64,000 nt of DNA from Octopus sinensis (GCF_006345805.1 NC_043006.1:94302001-94366000); one strand, 5' to 3'. Counted from the first letter of the stretch, positions 13,156 through 26,721 are shown. Numbers and translations are program-made. Notes: generated by a model not told the origin, from the sequence alone.

Positions 13156-14642
13156 ATTTGTCGCCATTTTTATTATTCATGGCTGGATTCTTTTCTTAAA
13201 ACAAAAATTAGGTATATATATTGGAAAACGTTAAAATGTTGGTAATTATATCACATGAGAGCCATTTGAGTCATTTTTAGACGACAGGAAAGCTATTATA
13301 TTCACTTTTTCTATTCTTACTCATCTAAATATTTAAGGTTAACAAACGCTCAGTAGAGTATCATGGTTTTGAGCGCCCTGTGTCGAAACCAAATTAGCTA
13401 TCCACTTCCTTAAACGTAATACATACCTTTAACTACAGGATGCAAACGTATATAAAATGGCCGCCCTGTGCGGTTCGCTTACACTGTTCACACGGCGCCA
13501 TGCGCCTGCGAATGCTACGTGAGAATATACAGACTATCTTAAGATCCTGTAAATATTCGCACAACTGTATATGTAGATACATACACAGAAACACACAAGC
13601 ACATACAGGCACACAAACACACATATAAATGGATAAAATATCTCCCGCCCCAAGCTTTTCATTCGATCACATGCAATTTTATTTTAGCTTTCTTCTTTAC
13701 AGAGATAAATGCGTAAATAGGTCTTCAGCATTCTCTCTCTCTCTCTCTCTCGATTGTCTTCAACTGTTTATATTTGTAGGGGATTCATCTTTATAACCTG
13801 TCCCTGGAAAACGTCAATCACCTATCGAGGCGCTGTATTACTATTATGAACTCGCTGGAAATAAATCGCCAATGGATTTTGTTCCGGAAGCACACAAGAT
13901 AATGAATACATAAGAAAACCGAGAATATTGCAGCCAGTGTGGGCTTTTTCTGAGACGAATGCCCAAGATACTGATGCCAAACGAAAAATAAATTAAAAAC
14001 GATAAAAAAAATGCAATGAAAGACATCCCAAAGTCCTTTAATAAGACTGATTAGTGAACAAAAAATGTTTAAAAGTAATTTTTCTTCACTGGATTTATTC
14101 CGTCATTTATTCTATGTACTACTGACCACTGACTACTGATTGTAGCATCCTTTTTTCGCCTTCATTTTTGGCTTTTTTCTTTTCTTTCTGTCTTTCACAA
14201 CTTCCAATTTATTTATACAGTATCTCCAGAAAACGTTTATCTCAAACAAAGAATTCTATCCAATACGGCAAAATTTTTGCTCTTCTACGTGGCAAATTAA
14301 TGTATCTCATAATTGTTTTAACTTATTTTATACTAAATATCTACGAATGCAGGCCAATGCTAGACCCGTCAGAGCTGTTATTGCTGACTTCAGTTAATAT
14401 TTTTAACTTTTAAAACCGGAATAAATTGCTCCATTGTGAATTGGAAAATATTCGGACAGAACCTTTCATAGGAGAATCTATTAATTTGCTACCACCAAGA
14501 AACAATTCTCTCCCTCCCTCTCTCTCTTGTCACACATTGGTGAGATACAGACGCAGACACACACACACACACACACACGCACGCACACACACACACAGAG
14601 AGATAACATACATACACACATATATATATATATATATACACG

Positions 14643-14673
<31 letters not shown>

Positions 14674-14825
14674 TCAGACACACATGTACATCTGAGTATA
14701 TATACACACACACCCACATACATATAGTCAATCCAAACAAGAAGAAGCAAGAAAAACCTCAACGCGAGGACGTGGTACAAGTACTGTGTTATTGGACGCT
14801 CAGGAAAGGAAAGAAAGGAGAGAGG

Positions 14826-14860
14826 ATTTCACGTTTCGAGCGGAGCTCTTCATCAGAAAT
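14826..14860 (-). ncRNA. Minimal type-I hammerhead ribozyme motif (cleavage triplet reads GUG, likely inactive) in a short element ~14715-14925
   Basis: auuu CUGAUGA A GAGC ucc GCUC GAAA cg UG aaau; stems I and II pair perfectly. Confidence 0.65.
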
Positions 14861-14964
14861 ATAGAAAAAGTCCAAAGAAGGGAAGAAGGAGAAAGAAAAT
14901 CGCCAACGATACACACACGGTCACACAGACACACACACACATACATATATATACACACACATTT

Positions 14965-16081
14965 ATATATATAATATGTGTGTGTGTGTAGAGAGAGAGA
15001 GAGATAGGTACATATGTACGTTATATATATATATATATATAGCTAAATATATATATATATATATATAGGCACATGCCTACTTACACACATACATTCCTAA
15101 TTAACACAGATATCGCTAGCTAGCGAATCTTCAAACTTGAAAAACAGCTTTTTTTTTCCCAAAACCGAAACAAAATATAACTCAATGAATAAATAAACAG
15201 GCAACAGACCCCAAAATCACTACAGAAAACTAAGAAGTAATAAAGGAAGGGATCAAGCATAAATAGATAACAAAACTGAATAAGAACCGTAAATCAAGAA
15301 TGATCAGAACAAGAACGACAAAGTACATCGTCCGAACACCAGCAATAACATAAATACAATCGTACTAACACTTTCCACATTCAAGAAAGCTAAAAAAAAT
15401 ATATAAAAAAAAAGAACAATAATGAGAGAGCGCAGTGTGTCGTTGTTGATCTGAACCGAAGAAACATAAGAATATGGTTCGTTCTTTTCAGAACAGAAAG
15501 AAATAGAAATGATAAGATCTGGATTGAATTGGAGAAATATCTTTCAAATGTATAAACAATCAGAAAATTACAAACATACATACATAGATAATATATATAT
15601 ATATATATATATAATATATATATATTATATATAATATATATATATATATATACGTATATATACATATATATACATATATATATATTATATATATATATAT
15701 TATATATATATATATATATATACTATTATATGTATGTATATACATACATACTTACATATATGTGTGTACGGTGAGTGTCTGTGTATTCTGTATGCTCAAT
15801 AATTACGTCAAGAAAAATTATAAGGGAATAAAAGAAAGAAAAAGGCAATTATGTCAAAGAACGAGAAACGGTGTAGAATAAAATTAAGAGCTTCTTCCGA
15901 ATTGAATTTTGAGATGAGGTGATTAAATGATGTAAACGGCAGAACAATGGAATTCTTCATCGTTGATGATTGTGATAAGGAGGGGTTTGTTAGCAGACGT
16001 TCCATTGACGCTTCGTTTGCTCAGAGCCGCACGAAGAAATTGGTCACAATAAGTGATAAGCAGAAGCAATACTATACCTAT

Positions 16082-16124
<43 letters not shown>

Positions 16125-16216
16125 CACACATATATTATATATAATATATATATATATCTATATATATATATATAATATATATATTATATATATAATATAT
16201 ATATATATAATATATA

Positions 16217-16268
<52 letters not shown>

Positions 16269-16435
16269 ACATATATATATATATATATATATATAGATAT
16301 AAATATATACATAGATACATAGATATATATACATACATATATATATATATATGCATGCATACACATACATATATATGTACCTATATACATAGATATAAGC
16401 ATATATGTATGTATATACATATATATATGTATATA

Positions 16436-16478
<43 letters not shown>

Positions 16479-16489
16479 TACATATGTAC

Positions 16490-16542
<53 letters not shown>

Positions 16543-17052
16543 TGCCTACTTACACACATACATCCTAATTAACACAGATATCGCTAGCGAATCGTCAAAC
16601 TTGAAAAACAGCATTTTTTTCCCAAAACCGAAACAAAATAAATAAATGAATAAATAAACAAGGCAACAGACCCCAAAATTCATACAGAAAACTAAGAAGT
16701 AATAAAGGAAAGGGATCAAGCATAAATAGATAACAAAACTGAAATAAGAACAATAAATCAAGAATGATCAGAACAAGAACGACAAAGTAACATCGTAGAA
16801 CACCAGCAATAACCATAAATACAATCGTACTAACACTTTCCACATTCAAGAAAGCTAAAAAAAAATAATAAAAAAAAAGAACAATAATGAGAGAGCGCAG
16901 TGTCGTTGTTGATCTGAACCGAAGAAACATAAGAATATGGTTCGTTTCTTTTCAGAACAGAAAGAAATAGAAATGATAAGATCTGGATTGAACATGGAGA
17001 AATATCTTTCAAATGTATAAACAATCAGAAAATTACAAACATACATACATAG

Positions 17053-17091
<39 letters not shown>

Positions 17092-17550
17092 CGTATATAT
17101 ATATATATAACATATATATACATATATATATAGATATATATATTATATATATATAATATATATTATATATATATAATATATATATATATGTATATACATA
17201 CATACTTACATATATGTGTGTACGTGAGTGTCTGTGTATTCTGTATGCTCAATAATTACGTCAGAAAAATATAAGGGAATAAAGAAAGAAAAAGGCAATT
17301 ATGTCAAAGAACATAGAAACGGTTTGTAGAATAAAATTAAGAGCTTCTTCCGAATTGAATTTTGAGATGAGGTGATAAAATGATGTATGTAAACGCACAG
17401 AACAATGGAAATTTCTTCATCGTTGATGATTGTGATAGGAGCGGGGTTTGTTAGCAGACGTTCCATTGACGCTTCGTTTGCTCAGAGCCGCACGAAGAAC
17501 ATTGGTCAAATAAGTGATAAGCAGAAGCAATACTATACATATATATATAT

Positions 17551-17585
<35 letters not shown>

Positions 17586-17618
17586 ATATATAAAATTATA
17601 TATATCTATAATACATAA

Positions 17619-17712
<94 letters not shown>

Positions 17713-17880
17713 TATATATATATAGTAATATATATACATATTATATATATATACATAGATATATATACATACATATATTTATATATGCATGCATACACAT
17801 ACATATATATGTACCTATATACATAGATATAAGCATATATGTATGTATATACATATATATATGTATATATGTTGTGTGTG
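14965..17880 (+). repeat. ~1.45-kb tandem duplication (copy 1 ~14965-16430, copy 2 ~16430-17880)
   Basis: Unique blocks repeated, e.g. 15100-15590 vs 16560-17055 and 15750-16080 vs 17200-17540; differences are largely single-base indels. Confidence 0.95.
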
Positions 17881-17974
17881 TGATAGTTTTATATATATAT
17901 ATATATTATATATATATATATATATATAATATACATATAATATATTATATATATATAATGTTATATAAAGTGTG

Positions 17975-18016
<42 letters not shown>

Positions 18017-18723
18017 GTATGTCTGTGTGTGTGTATCCTTGCATGCATATATATGAGTCTGTTTTTGTGCGCGTACGAACATACATAAACATACATGTGT
18101 CTATGTGTATGTTGTGTCTACATACATGCATATATGCACGTTTATGTGTGTTAATGCTTTTTGTGTATATATGTGTATGTAAATATGTACGCTATGCATG
18201 CGCACGTGTTTGTGTGTGTGTGTGTATGTACCTACAGGTAAAAATGCATTAGGAAGATACTACAGGTTGGAAATATCAGTGTAAAAACAAAAGCGAACGC
18301 ACACACGCGCATAAACACATTTAGATTTCCCCCTCTTTACTGCGGTATTTGAACTTTAAAATACCCTTATTAACACAGAATGAAGTCGGAGTTCAGCCGA
18401 GATCTATGCAAATATGTAACTTATAAACGTTTGCGACATATACAAATTGTTATTGACATATTAACCAATGAGCTAAGTACAGCTCTTGATTGTTGTTCTT
18501 GTTGTTAGTAGGATGTACATACATATATATACATCATGAATGCATGCACACACTCACCCCCCCCCCACACACACATACACGGACGTATGTAATTGAATAA
18601 AATTCGAGTAAAAACATCTATGCAAAGCTCATCCACAGCTATTAGCTGCCTGCTGTTATCATATAGTGGAAACGCACCCACTAATGGATATTAAGCAGGA
18701 ATTCCATAGTTCGTAGAGTCTAT

Positions 18724-19093
18724 TGTGGCATTCTATCGTTTACGACGATGAGGGTTCCATTTGATCCGATCAACGGAACAGCCTGCTCGTGAAATTAACG
18801 TGCAAGTGGCTGAGCACTGCACAGACACGTGTACCCTTAACGTAGTTCTCGGGGAGATTCAGCGTGACACAGAATGTGACAAGGCCGGCCCCTTGAAATA
18901 CAGGTACAACAGAAACACGAAGAAAGAGTCAGAAAAAGAGTGCAGCAGGGTTCGCCACCACCCACTGCCGGAGCGTCGTGGAGCTTTAACTGTTTTCGTT
19001 CTATAAACACTCACATCGCCCGGTCTGGGAATCGAAGCCGCGATCCAACGATCGCGAGTCCGCTGCCCTAATCACTGGGCCATTGCGCCTCCA
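18724..19093 (-). mobile_element. Full-length SINE family C with 12-bp TSD
   Basis: Head gtggaggcgcaatggcccagtg.ttagggcagcggactcgcg..gcttcgattcccagaccggg; flanks cgtagagtctat (18712-18723) and cgtagagcctat (19094-19105). Confidence 0.9.
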
Positions 19094-19342
19094 CGTAGAG
19101 CCTATATAAATAGGTAAACGATAGAGAATGAAATTATCGACATTTTCTATTTAAAAATCACTATAATTGTTTCGACACATTATCCACCCATAGTACATTG
19201 GTGAAGTATTGTGTAATCATCCATCTAAGGTGCAAAATGCACCTCCTCAGTTGAATGTTTAAATAAATCATTCCTTAGATCCTATTGTCATTTCATTCAG
19301 CATGAGAAAGCATATCAAAATTATGTATCATTTTCCAGCAAT

Positions 19343-19442
19343 NNNNNNNNNNNNNNNNNNNNNNNNNNNNNNNNNNNNNNNNNNNNNNNNNNNNNNNNNN
19401 NNNNNNNNNNNNNNNNNNNNNNNNNNNNNNNNNNNNNNNNNN
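19343..19442. other. Assembly gap (100 N)
   Basis: Run of 100 N, a typical fixed-size scaffolding gap. Confidence 1.
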
Positions 19443-20016
19443 ACCCCAGGTCACTCCAGTTTGAGTAAACTAATGATCAAAGCATGTAAAACTCATCAGT
19501 TTTTCCTTACAAGTCCTTTTATGAATAATAAAAAGACGGTAAGATATGATTTGAAGGAGATTTGGCTGCGTTTTCTAGCCGCTCCACTGACCACATTGAG
19601 GCTCCCTCTTTCGTTTACATCTCAGTTTTATAAAAGCTTGAGCTGCTGCTGCTGTGTGTGTGTGTGTGTGTGTATGTTTGCGGGCGTGTGTGCATAAACA
19701 TAACTTTATCTGCGACTATGTATGTGTGTGTATGCCTCAATGTATGTATGCCTGTTAAGTCTCTAGATGCGCGTATGTATACGTGAGTGTGTGAGTATGC
19801 GACTAACTGTATGAGTGTGCGTGTGTGTAATAATTTCACAAGTTGTCCCTGTATATGCTTATGTGTATGTGTACAAGTGTGTGTGTGTGTGTGTAGTTTC
19901 TTGTATGTATATGTCTGTATTTGTGCAGGCGTGTGTGTGTATATACGTCACTATGAATGTATTCTTTCTCAATGTGTGTGTGTAAATGTACGTTTGCGTC
20001 TATCTCAACGAGTTAA

Positions 20017-20048
<32 letters not shown>

Positions 20049-20243
20049 TGTGTGAATAAACATAACTTTATGTGTGTATGTATGTATGTGTGTGTTTGTG
20101 TGCGCGCGCACAACTAGCTTTCGCGACTTCGTCTAGCAGATGCTGCGACTATATGCGTGTGTGTATGCGGTGTGTTCGTGCGAATGTGTCCATGAGTATC
20201 TATGTGTGCGTTTATGCGTGTGTGCTTGTGCGCGTGTCTGTGC

Positions 20244-20285
<42 letters not shown>

Positions 20286-20424
20286 GTGTGTGTGTGTGTA
20301 CGGCTAGGAGAGACGGATGGTTAGCGCTTGCCTTCACAAGGACCGAATAGATATCATTTAATCTTTCTCACATAATCATTGTCATTGCTCTCTACTTCAG
20401 AGCAACACTTCTTTTCTATTTTAT

Positions 20425-20954
20425 AGGGGCAGGTATGGCTGTGTGAGAAGTAGCTTGTTTACCAACCACATGGTTCCGGGTTCAGTCCCACTGCCTGGCA
20501 ACTTGAGCAGGTGTCTTCTACTATAGCCTCCGGCCGACCACATTCCTTCCAGTGAATTTGATAGACGGACACTGAAAGAACCTCGTATATACACACACAC
20601 ACATATATTTTTTTTTCAGTGATTTGACTGCGGCCATGCTGGAGCACCGCCTTTAGTCGAACAAATTGAGTCCAGGACTTATTCTTTGTAAGCCTAGTAC
20701 TTATTCTATCAGTTTCTTTTGCCGAACCGCTATGTTAAGGGGACGTAGAGCACACCAACATCGGTTGTCAAGCGATGGTGGTGGGGGACAAATACAGACA
20801 CACAAACATATACATGCATATATATACGGGCTTCCGTCTACTAATTCCACTCAAGGCCCGAGGCTATAGTAGAAAACGCCCAAATGCCACACAGTGGGAC
20901 TGAACCTGGAACCATGTGGTTGGCAAGCAAGCTACTTAGCACTTAGTCATTCCT

Positions 20955-20985
<31 letters not shown>

Positions 20986-21185
20986 GCTCATGTCTGTGCC
21001 TGTGTTTGTACCCCGCACCGGTATTGGTGTGTTTACATCCCAGTAAATTAGCGTTTCGCAAAAAGCAACGTTAGAATAAGGACCAGACTTTAAAAAAGTA
21101 CTGGAATCGATTCATTTGACGGAGCTCTTCAAGGTGGGGCCCCAGCATGGCCGCAGTCTAATGACTGAAGTGAGTGAAAAGATGT
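20425..21185. mobile_element. Nested SINE A: + copy split by an antiparallel full copy (20612-20960)
   Basis: + head 20425-20590, complete - copy, then + tail 20988-21185. Confidence 0.85.
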
Positions 21186-21239
21186 ATATCAAGAAAAGTT
21201 TCCCTGCTTATATGTGGGTTTGCGTATTATGGGCCCCCC

Positions 21240-21280
<41 letters not shown>

Positions 21281-21476
21281 ACTCTCTCACTCTCTCTGTA
21301 TCTGTCTGTCTGTCTCTTCCCCACTCTCTCTTCTTCTCCTTCTGTGTGTGTGTGTAAGCGAGTGAATGTTTCACGATGTTTACATGAATGCGTTTATGTA
21401 TTTGTAAAATGTGTGTATGTATGTGCTTGCACATATGTGTGTGTGTGCATTCGTGTGTGAGCTTCAACGCTGTCTT

Positions 21477-21511
<35 letters not shown>

Positions 21512-21862
21512 CACTGTTCAATCTGTGAGCTTATCTGTGCGTGAGTGCTTCTCTTCCATTTCAGTGTGTAAACTGGGTGCGTGACTGTCTTTTAAATTGT
21601 TAGTGTGTGTATGTGTGTATGTGTGTGTGGGGAGGGGGGCGTGCTTTTGCCTGTGCGCGTAATGTTTATATCGCTTAAGTTTCATGTTTATTTTAATTCG
21701 GCGATGAGTTCCCAACACAAAACAACACACACAACACGAATATATATATTTATATATATATATATACATCTCTTCAAGAGAAGAGGTTGAGGGAGAGAGC
21801 CCGAACAAAATGTACATAGCTATCTATCTCTCTATCTGGTCTTATCTGTCTGTCTATCTATC

Positions 21863-21949
<87 letters not shown>

Positions 21950-22155
21950 AATAAAATAAAACATATGCATATATACATACATATATGTACGTACCTACCT
22001 CTACATGTATATATACATGCATATATGGGTACAGGACACCAAAAAAACGTCGAACACGATGAGAAACGAAAACATAAACACAAAACCAAGGAAATGGACA
22101 TTTTTCTGAAGTAACGAAAAAAATAGAGTACAGGACATACAATACAAGGAAAATA
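21950..22155 (-). mobile_element. Family D repeat fragment (related to 27731-28800)
   Basis: acaggacacca..aacgtcgaacacgatgagaaacgaaaacataaa is the inverse of 27900-28025 and matches 28630-28700. Confidence 0.75.
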
Positions 22156-22247
22156 CACACACACATATATATGCAAGCTCCACACACAGAAGAAGGAATT
22201 CCAGTTGTAGTCGTTTCGGCCAGCGTGTTACATATCTGTGCATTAGT

Positions 22248-22290
<43 letters not shown>

Positions 22291-22953
22291 TTATCTGTCT
22301 TTGTATGTGAACGTTTATAAATGCCCAGAGTGATTAATATATGAGGCAGAGTGTGTGTGTGTGTGTGTGTAAGCAGGCGCGTCCGTATGTTGTGAAGAAT
22401 TGAAGCTGAGAATGGTGGTGTTGATGGCGGCAGCGGCGCTGATGCAGAGTTGTTGAGCAGCGAAGGGGGTTAGTGGCCTTGCTGAACAGAGCCCTACTTA
22501 CTACACGACACAGTGAGAGCCAATGAAAGCACACATAAATTTATGGCCTTCCTCACCCCCTCCTCTTCCTCTTTCTGTCCCCTTTTATCCATGTGATATC
22601 GCAAGATACACTACCGCTTCATAGTGAACTGGGAACTTACATACTTGATGCTTCTGTCTCCCGTCCCCTAGCCCCCGAGCCTCCCCCCCATGGAAGAGGC
22701 TCCTTTATATACGCCACCAACTTTGGTACACTTGTTCATGATTTCGTATACACACATACACGCACACACACAGACATATAAACAAATACGCACACAAGAA
22801 CTGGGGTATGTTTTGGTTCGTATGTTGCCCCAGCCTGGCCGCAAGTCACTGACTGAGCATGTAAAAGAATGAAAGATAAATAAAATATGTATTTCTATTA
22901 TGAATGCGTGTGTACATGTATATGTATGTGTGCGTGTGTGTATCTGTACAGAC

Positions 22954-22984
<31 letters not shown>

Positions 22985-23049
22985 GACAGAGATAGATAGA
23001 TAGATAGATAGACACACAGAGAGGCAGACAGACGGAGATAGATAGATAA

Positions 23050-23095
<46 letters not shown>

Positions 23096-24224
23096 GGGTT
23101 TGTGTGTGAAAGGGAGACAGACGTGATCTATCTATCTTTCTATCGATCTTTTTTCCGAAAAGATAAAAAAAAACAGAAAATGTTGGATATCAAATTCCTC
23201 AACATGGTTTTCCTTCCTGCCTTCATTTCCTTCTTTCATTGTTTCTTCTTCATTTTTTTAATTCATGCTTTTCTTCTTCCTAAAGCTAATAAGGATGAGT
23301 TGTTCACGAAAACGGTTGGCCTGTACCTTTATTTCTAGCGAGTCAATTAATCTCATAGAGTGGAGGGCTGACCTCATTCAGTGCTGACCAGAACTACATA
23401 ACCCAAAATTACAGGTGATCTTTCCTGAGGGGCTCTCTTTATGTAAATACAGTGTGAAATGAATTGAATACATGCCAATGACCCTTGGGTGTGTTAAAAG
23501 ATCAGGGAGCAACAACGGGTAGCGCCATCTGCGTAGCTCTACGCATTGTTGGAAGTGATAGCAAATAAGAAACTCAAGTAATTACTGCAGGAAGAATGAG
23601 AACAAAACCGAACCTTGGATAGCTTACATCTCAGAGTGAATGAGAGAGAGAGAGAGAGAGAGAAAGAGCTTCCTAAACGTCCTCCTTATCGGCGTCACCA
23701 ATCTCAATGACGACAGACTGAGCTGGGCAGGTTTCACAGGAAATGGTCGTGACCGATACGGTCTGCTGAAATCCAACGATGAGTGACATAAATGCATAGG
23801 TCTTGGATATATTTGACTTTTCGAAAGCTGGATTGTTGAAGAAAGACAAAGAATCCAGGTATCAGAAAATGGTGTTTTTAGTAGGTGCCCCATCGACCTT
23901 ACGGCATTGGAACAGCGTTGTGATAGGATGGTAGTTGGCTGAACCAGAGGACTTGATTTTCTTGAGAATGGTACATACTGTAGTGTTTGCCAAGAGCAGG
24001 ATATGTACATAGTCAGAGAGAGACAGAGAGACAGAGAAAGAAAAAGATGTGGGCACTGAGGATTTTGGTGTATAGGGGCTAGCTAGCTCTGGGACGCGAT
24101 ATTTTTTAGAGTAATATGGGAAGCTGGAATCAACATTGTCACAGCTGGTGTTTGTTGGTTTGAAGCGACCGGACGTGCTTCCGCACTCGGTATGTTTTTA
24201 AAGACTCCGCCGGTACGACGACGA

Positions 24225-24517
24225 GGGTCCCAGCTGTATACGATCAACGGAACAGCTTGCTCGTGAAATAACGTGCAAGTGGCTGAGCATTCCACAGACA
24301 CGTGTACCCTTAACGTAGTTCTCGGGGATAATCAGCGTGACACAGAGAGTGGACAAGCGACCCTTTGAAATACAAGTACAACTCATTTTTGCCAGCTGAG
24401 TGGACTGGAGGCAACGTGAAATAAAGTCTTGCTCAAGGACACAACGCGTCGCCGGAATAGAACTCACAACCTACGATATTGAGCCGATGCCCTAACCACT
24501 AAGCCACGCGCCCTCAC
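24225..24517 (-). mobile_element. SINE family C
   Basis: Shares the gatcaacggaacagc..acgtgcaagtggctgagca..cgtagttctcgggga body with 18724-19093; tRNA-like head at the right end. Confidence 0.85.
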
Positions 24518-24587
24518 CATGTTTATGTACACAGTGGCGACCCGACTGGATCATAAACAGAGAGAAGTTAACTAGACTGATCTAGTG

Positions 24588-25333
24588 CAGTGGTTTTCAA
24601 CCGCGGTTCATATGAGCCCCGGCGTCCATACAACATTTTGGGGCCCACCTAAGCAAACTAGAAAGTTGGGTCCACAATACTATTTCAACAAGGGTCTGTG
24701 ATAAAATCTTGCTATAGAGGTATTTTTTGCAAGTAAATAGCTTGGTCCCTTTCTCTAACATTTTACAAGTGAATGTGCGATGAGCAAAATAGTAATTTTG
24801 TAGCTGTGTGGTAAGTAACATGCTTCCTAACCACATGGTTCTGGGTTCAGTCCCACTGCGTGTGACCTTGGACAACTGTTTTCTACTAACGCTCGTGTAG
24901 TGAAAAAGTTTTTAACGTTTCGAGCATACGCTCTTCCACAAAAAGGAACACAGAAAGAAACAAGGAGAGGAAATAAAGAATGTGTAATGGCTAGCGATCT
25001 ATAATGGCGAATATATAATGTGTGTGTCTGTGTTTGTGTTTGTCCCTCCACAATCGTTTGACAACCGATGCTGGTGTATTTACGTCCCCGTAACTTAGCG
25101 GTTCGGCAAAAGAGACCGATAGAATAAGTACTAGGCTTACAAAGAATAAGTCCTGGGGTCGATTTGTTCGACTAAAGGCGGTGTTCCAGCATGGCCGCAG
25201 TCAAATGACTGAAACAAATAAAAGAATAAAAGAAAATAACATCAGTTTTTAAAGACAGAATGGCTATGGAGGTCCCCAAGAATAAATCAGTAACCGTAAG
25301 AATTCATAAGTTGAAAATGGTTGAGAACTACTG
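24588..25333. mobile_element. hAT (Charlie-like) MITE carrying a nested SINE A (24800-25235), which itself carries a hammerhead-family fragment (24890-25010)
   Basis: TIRs cagtggttttcaacc / ggttgagaactactg; the SINE A head and tail are separated by acgtttcgagcatacgctcttccaca. Confidence 0.75.
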
Positions 25334-26540
25334 ACCCCAGTGTGTGCGAGCAACGGGCTGGATGCACAAGCGAGCAGCGAATATGAAGGCTTTCTTCACG
25401 AGAATGTCGGATATATAGAAGCATCTTTCGTCGCCTGGATAGCAGTTTTGCAAGAATTACAGTGCTGGTGAAAAATCGTTTGATTTCTATGGTTGAGTGA
25501 ATTTTAGCAAGCGTTGGAAACCATTGTACATTTTTTCCTTGCTTGAATTCGTGGACTTGACGGAGAGCGCTTTGATTGGGAAACATGTCTAAGATGATGG
25601 TTTCGGTCACCCAGCAAGTCTTTTCTGATTAACCAGAAGGACGGCACATCTGCAGCCAGAGATAGCAAACAAGCTGGAGAAACTCAAACCTTTTAGCTGA
25701 CCGGAGAGTGTTGTAGAACATGGAAAGTAGGAATCTTAAATAGTATGTGGATGAGGTAGGTTAGTGGGTGATCAGATAGTCCTTGAACGCCTTAAAAAGG
25801 GAGGATACGGTTATGATCTTTCTCCGTTATAGTCTGATAGCGAAGAAATAAGTCAATGGTGTTTAGCATGTCCGTGTGAGGGTCTGGAGATGAAACCAAA
25901 TGTTATGCTTTACACCAGCAGCATTAGCATGGTTTGTTTGTGAGAGCCAACAAGTGTTGTGAGCAACGAGACGTTGATGATGATGACTTCGGGCAGGAAG
26001 GAAATAAGATAGATGTCCTTGATGCTGGAAGAGATTATGATCTTGTTGCGGGTTAGAGGAGATAGAAGAACGGCAGATGGATTTGAGAGAGTTGGAGGAG
26101 GAAGGTTTTCCGCCAAGCTAAGTGAAAGATTTCGTAGCTGAGAGACGTGGGTAGCGGGGAGAATGGAATCTAGACATGCGCAGACAGCTTTTTCGCAGTA
26201 GTGCTTCAGTAAAGAGTGTTATCTGGACAGAAGAAATGTATTATAGATAAGATTGGTGTGTGGTAGACTGTGCGTGTGTGTTATAAATTTGCTGGCAGTA
26301 ATTTCGAAGTTTCGCCAGTGGTGGCTAATACAAACTGTGAATAAACTACCATTAGTGAAATTTCGAAATCACCTGAGATTCTACAAATGTATTGAATTAT
26401 TCATTCTGTTAATGTCCCATGTTTTATGCATTTAAAAACATTTAACGCTGGCTACACTCACGCACACTCATATGTATATCTTTTATTCCGTTTTTATATT
26501 TGGTTTGCAAGCTTCTTGACGTGAATCTGTGTGCCAAAAC

Positions 26541-26721
26541 AAATCTTTTGTCTTGGAAGGGTCATTACGCCAATACTATTAACACACACACTGGTTTAGT
26601 ATCATTTCTTTACTGTTAGTCTGTTGGTTAATTACTTAACCAATTGACTAACAATGAAGTAATATTGAACCAGTGCGTGTTGTTATTATTGGCATAATGA
26701 CCCTTCCAAGAAACAGGATAT
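26541..26721. repeat. Long fold-back palindrome (~80-90 bp arms, 4-nt loop)
   Basis: tcttggaagggtcattacgccaata..gttagtctgttggttaa ttac ttaaccaattgactaac..tattggcataatgacccttccaaga. Confidence 0.9.

Larger units (their letters stand above)
23680..26240 (-). pseudogene. Decayed CR1/Jockey-type LINE ORF2 (APE endonuclease through RT N-terminus), interrupted by younger insertions
   Basis: Minus strand in order: AHNTCWLSQTNHANAAG, PDPHTDMLNTIDLFL, GLSDHP (APE motifs); IPASHITLKNI..ELA; TVCTILKKIKSSGSANYHPI (NYRPISL-like). Confidence 0.75.

Noticed and set aside
13440-13520. tataaaatggccgcc as TATA plus YY1-like promoter
   Set aside because: Single short motif with no downstream gene evidence.
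16595-16930. Hydrophobic 111-aa ORF resembling a membrane protein
   Set aside because: T-rich low complexity; frame not kept in the duplicate copy.
19460-19505. Minus-strand CUGAUGA as hammerhead
   Set aside because: No proper GAAA/stem arrangement; part of another dispersed repeat also seen at ~30545, 32240 and 59715.
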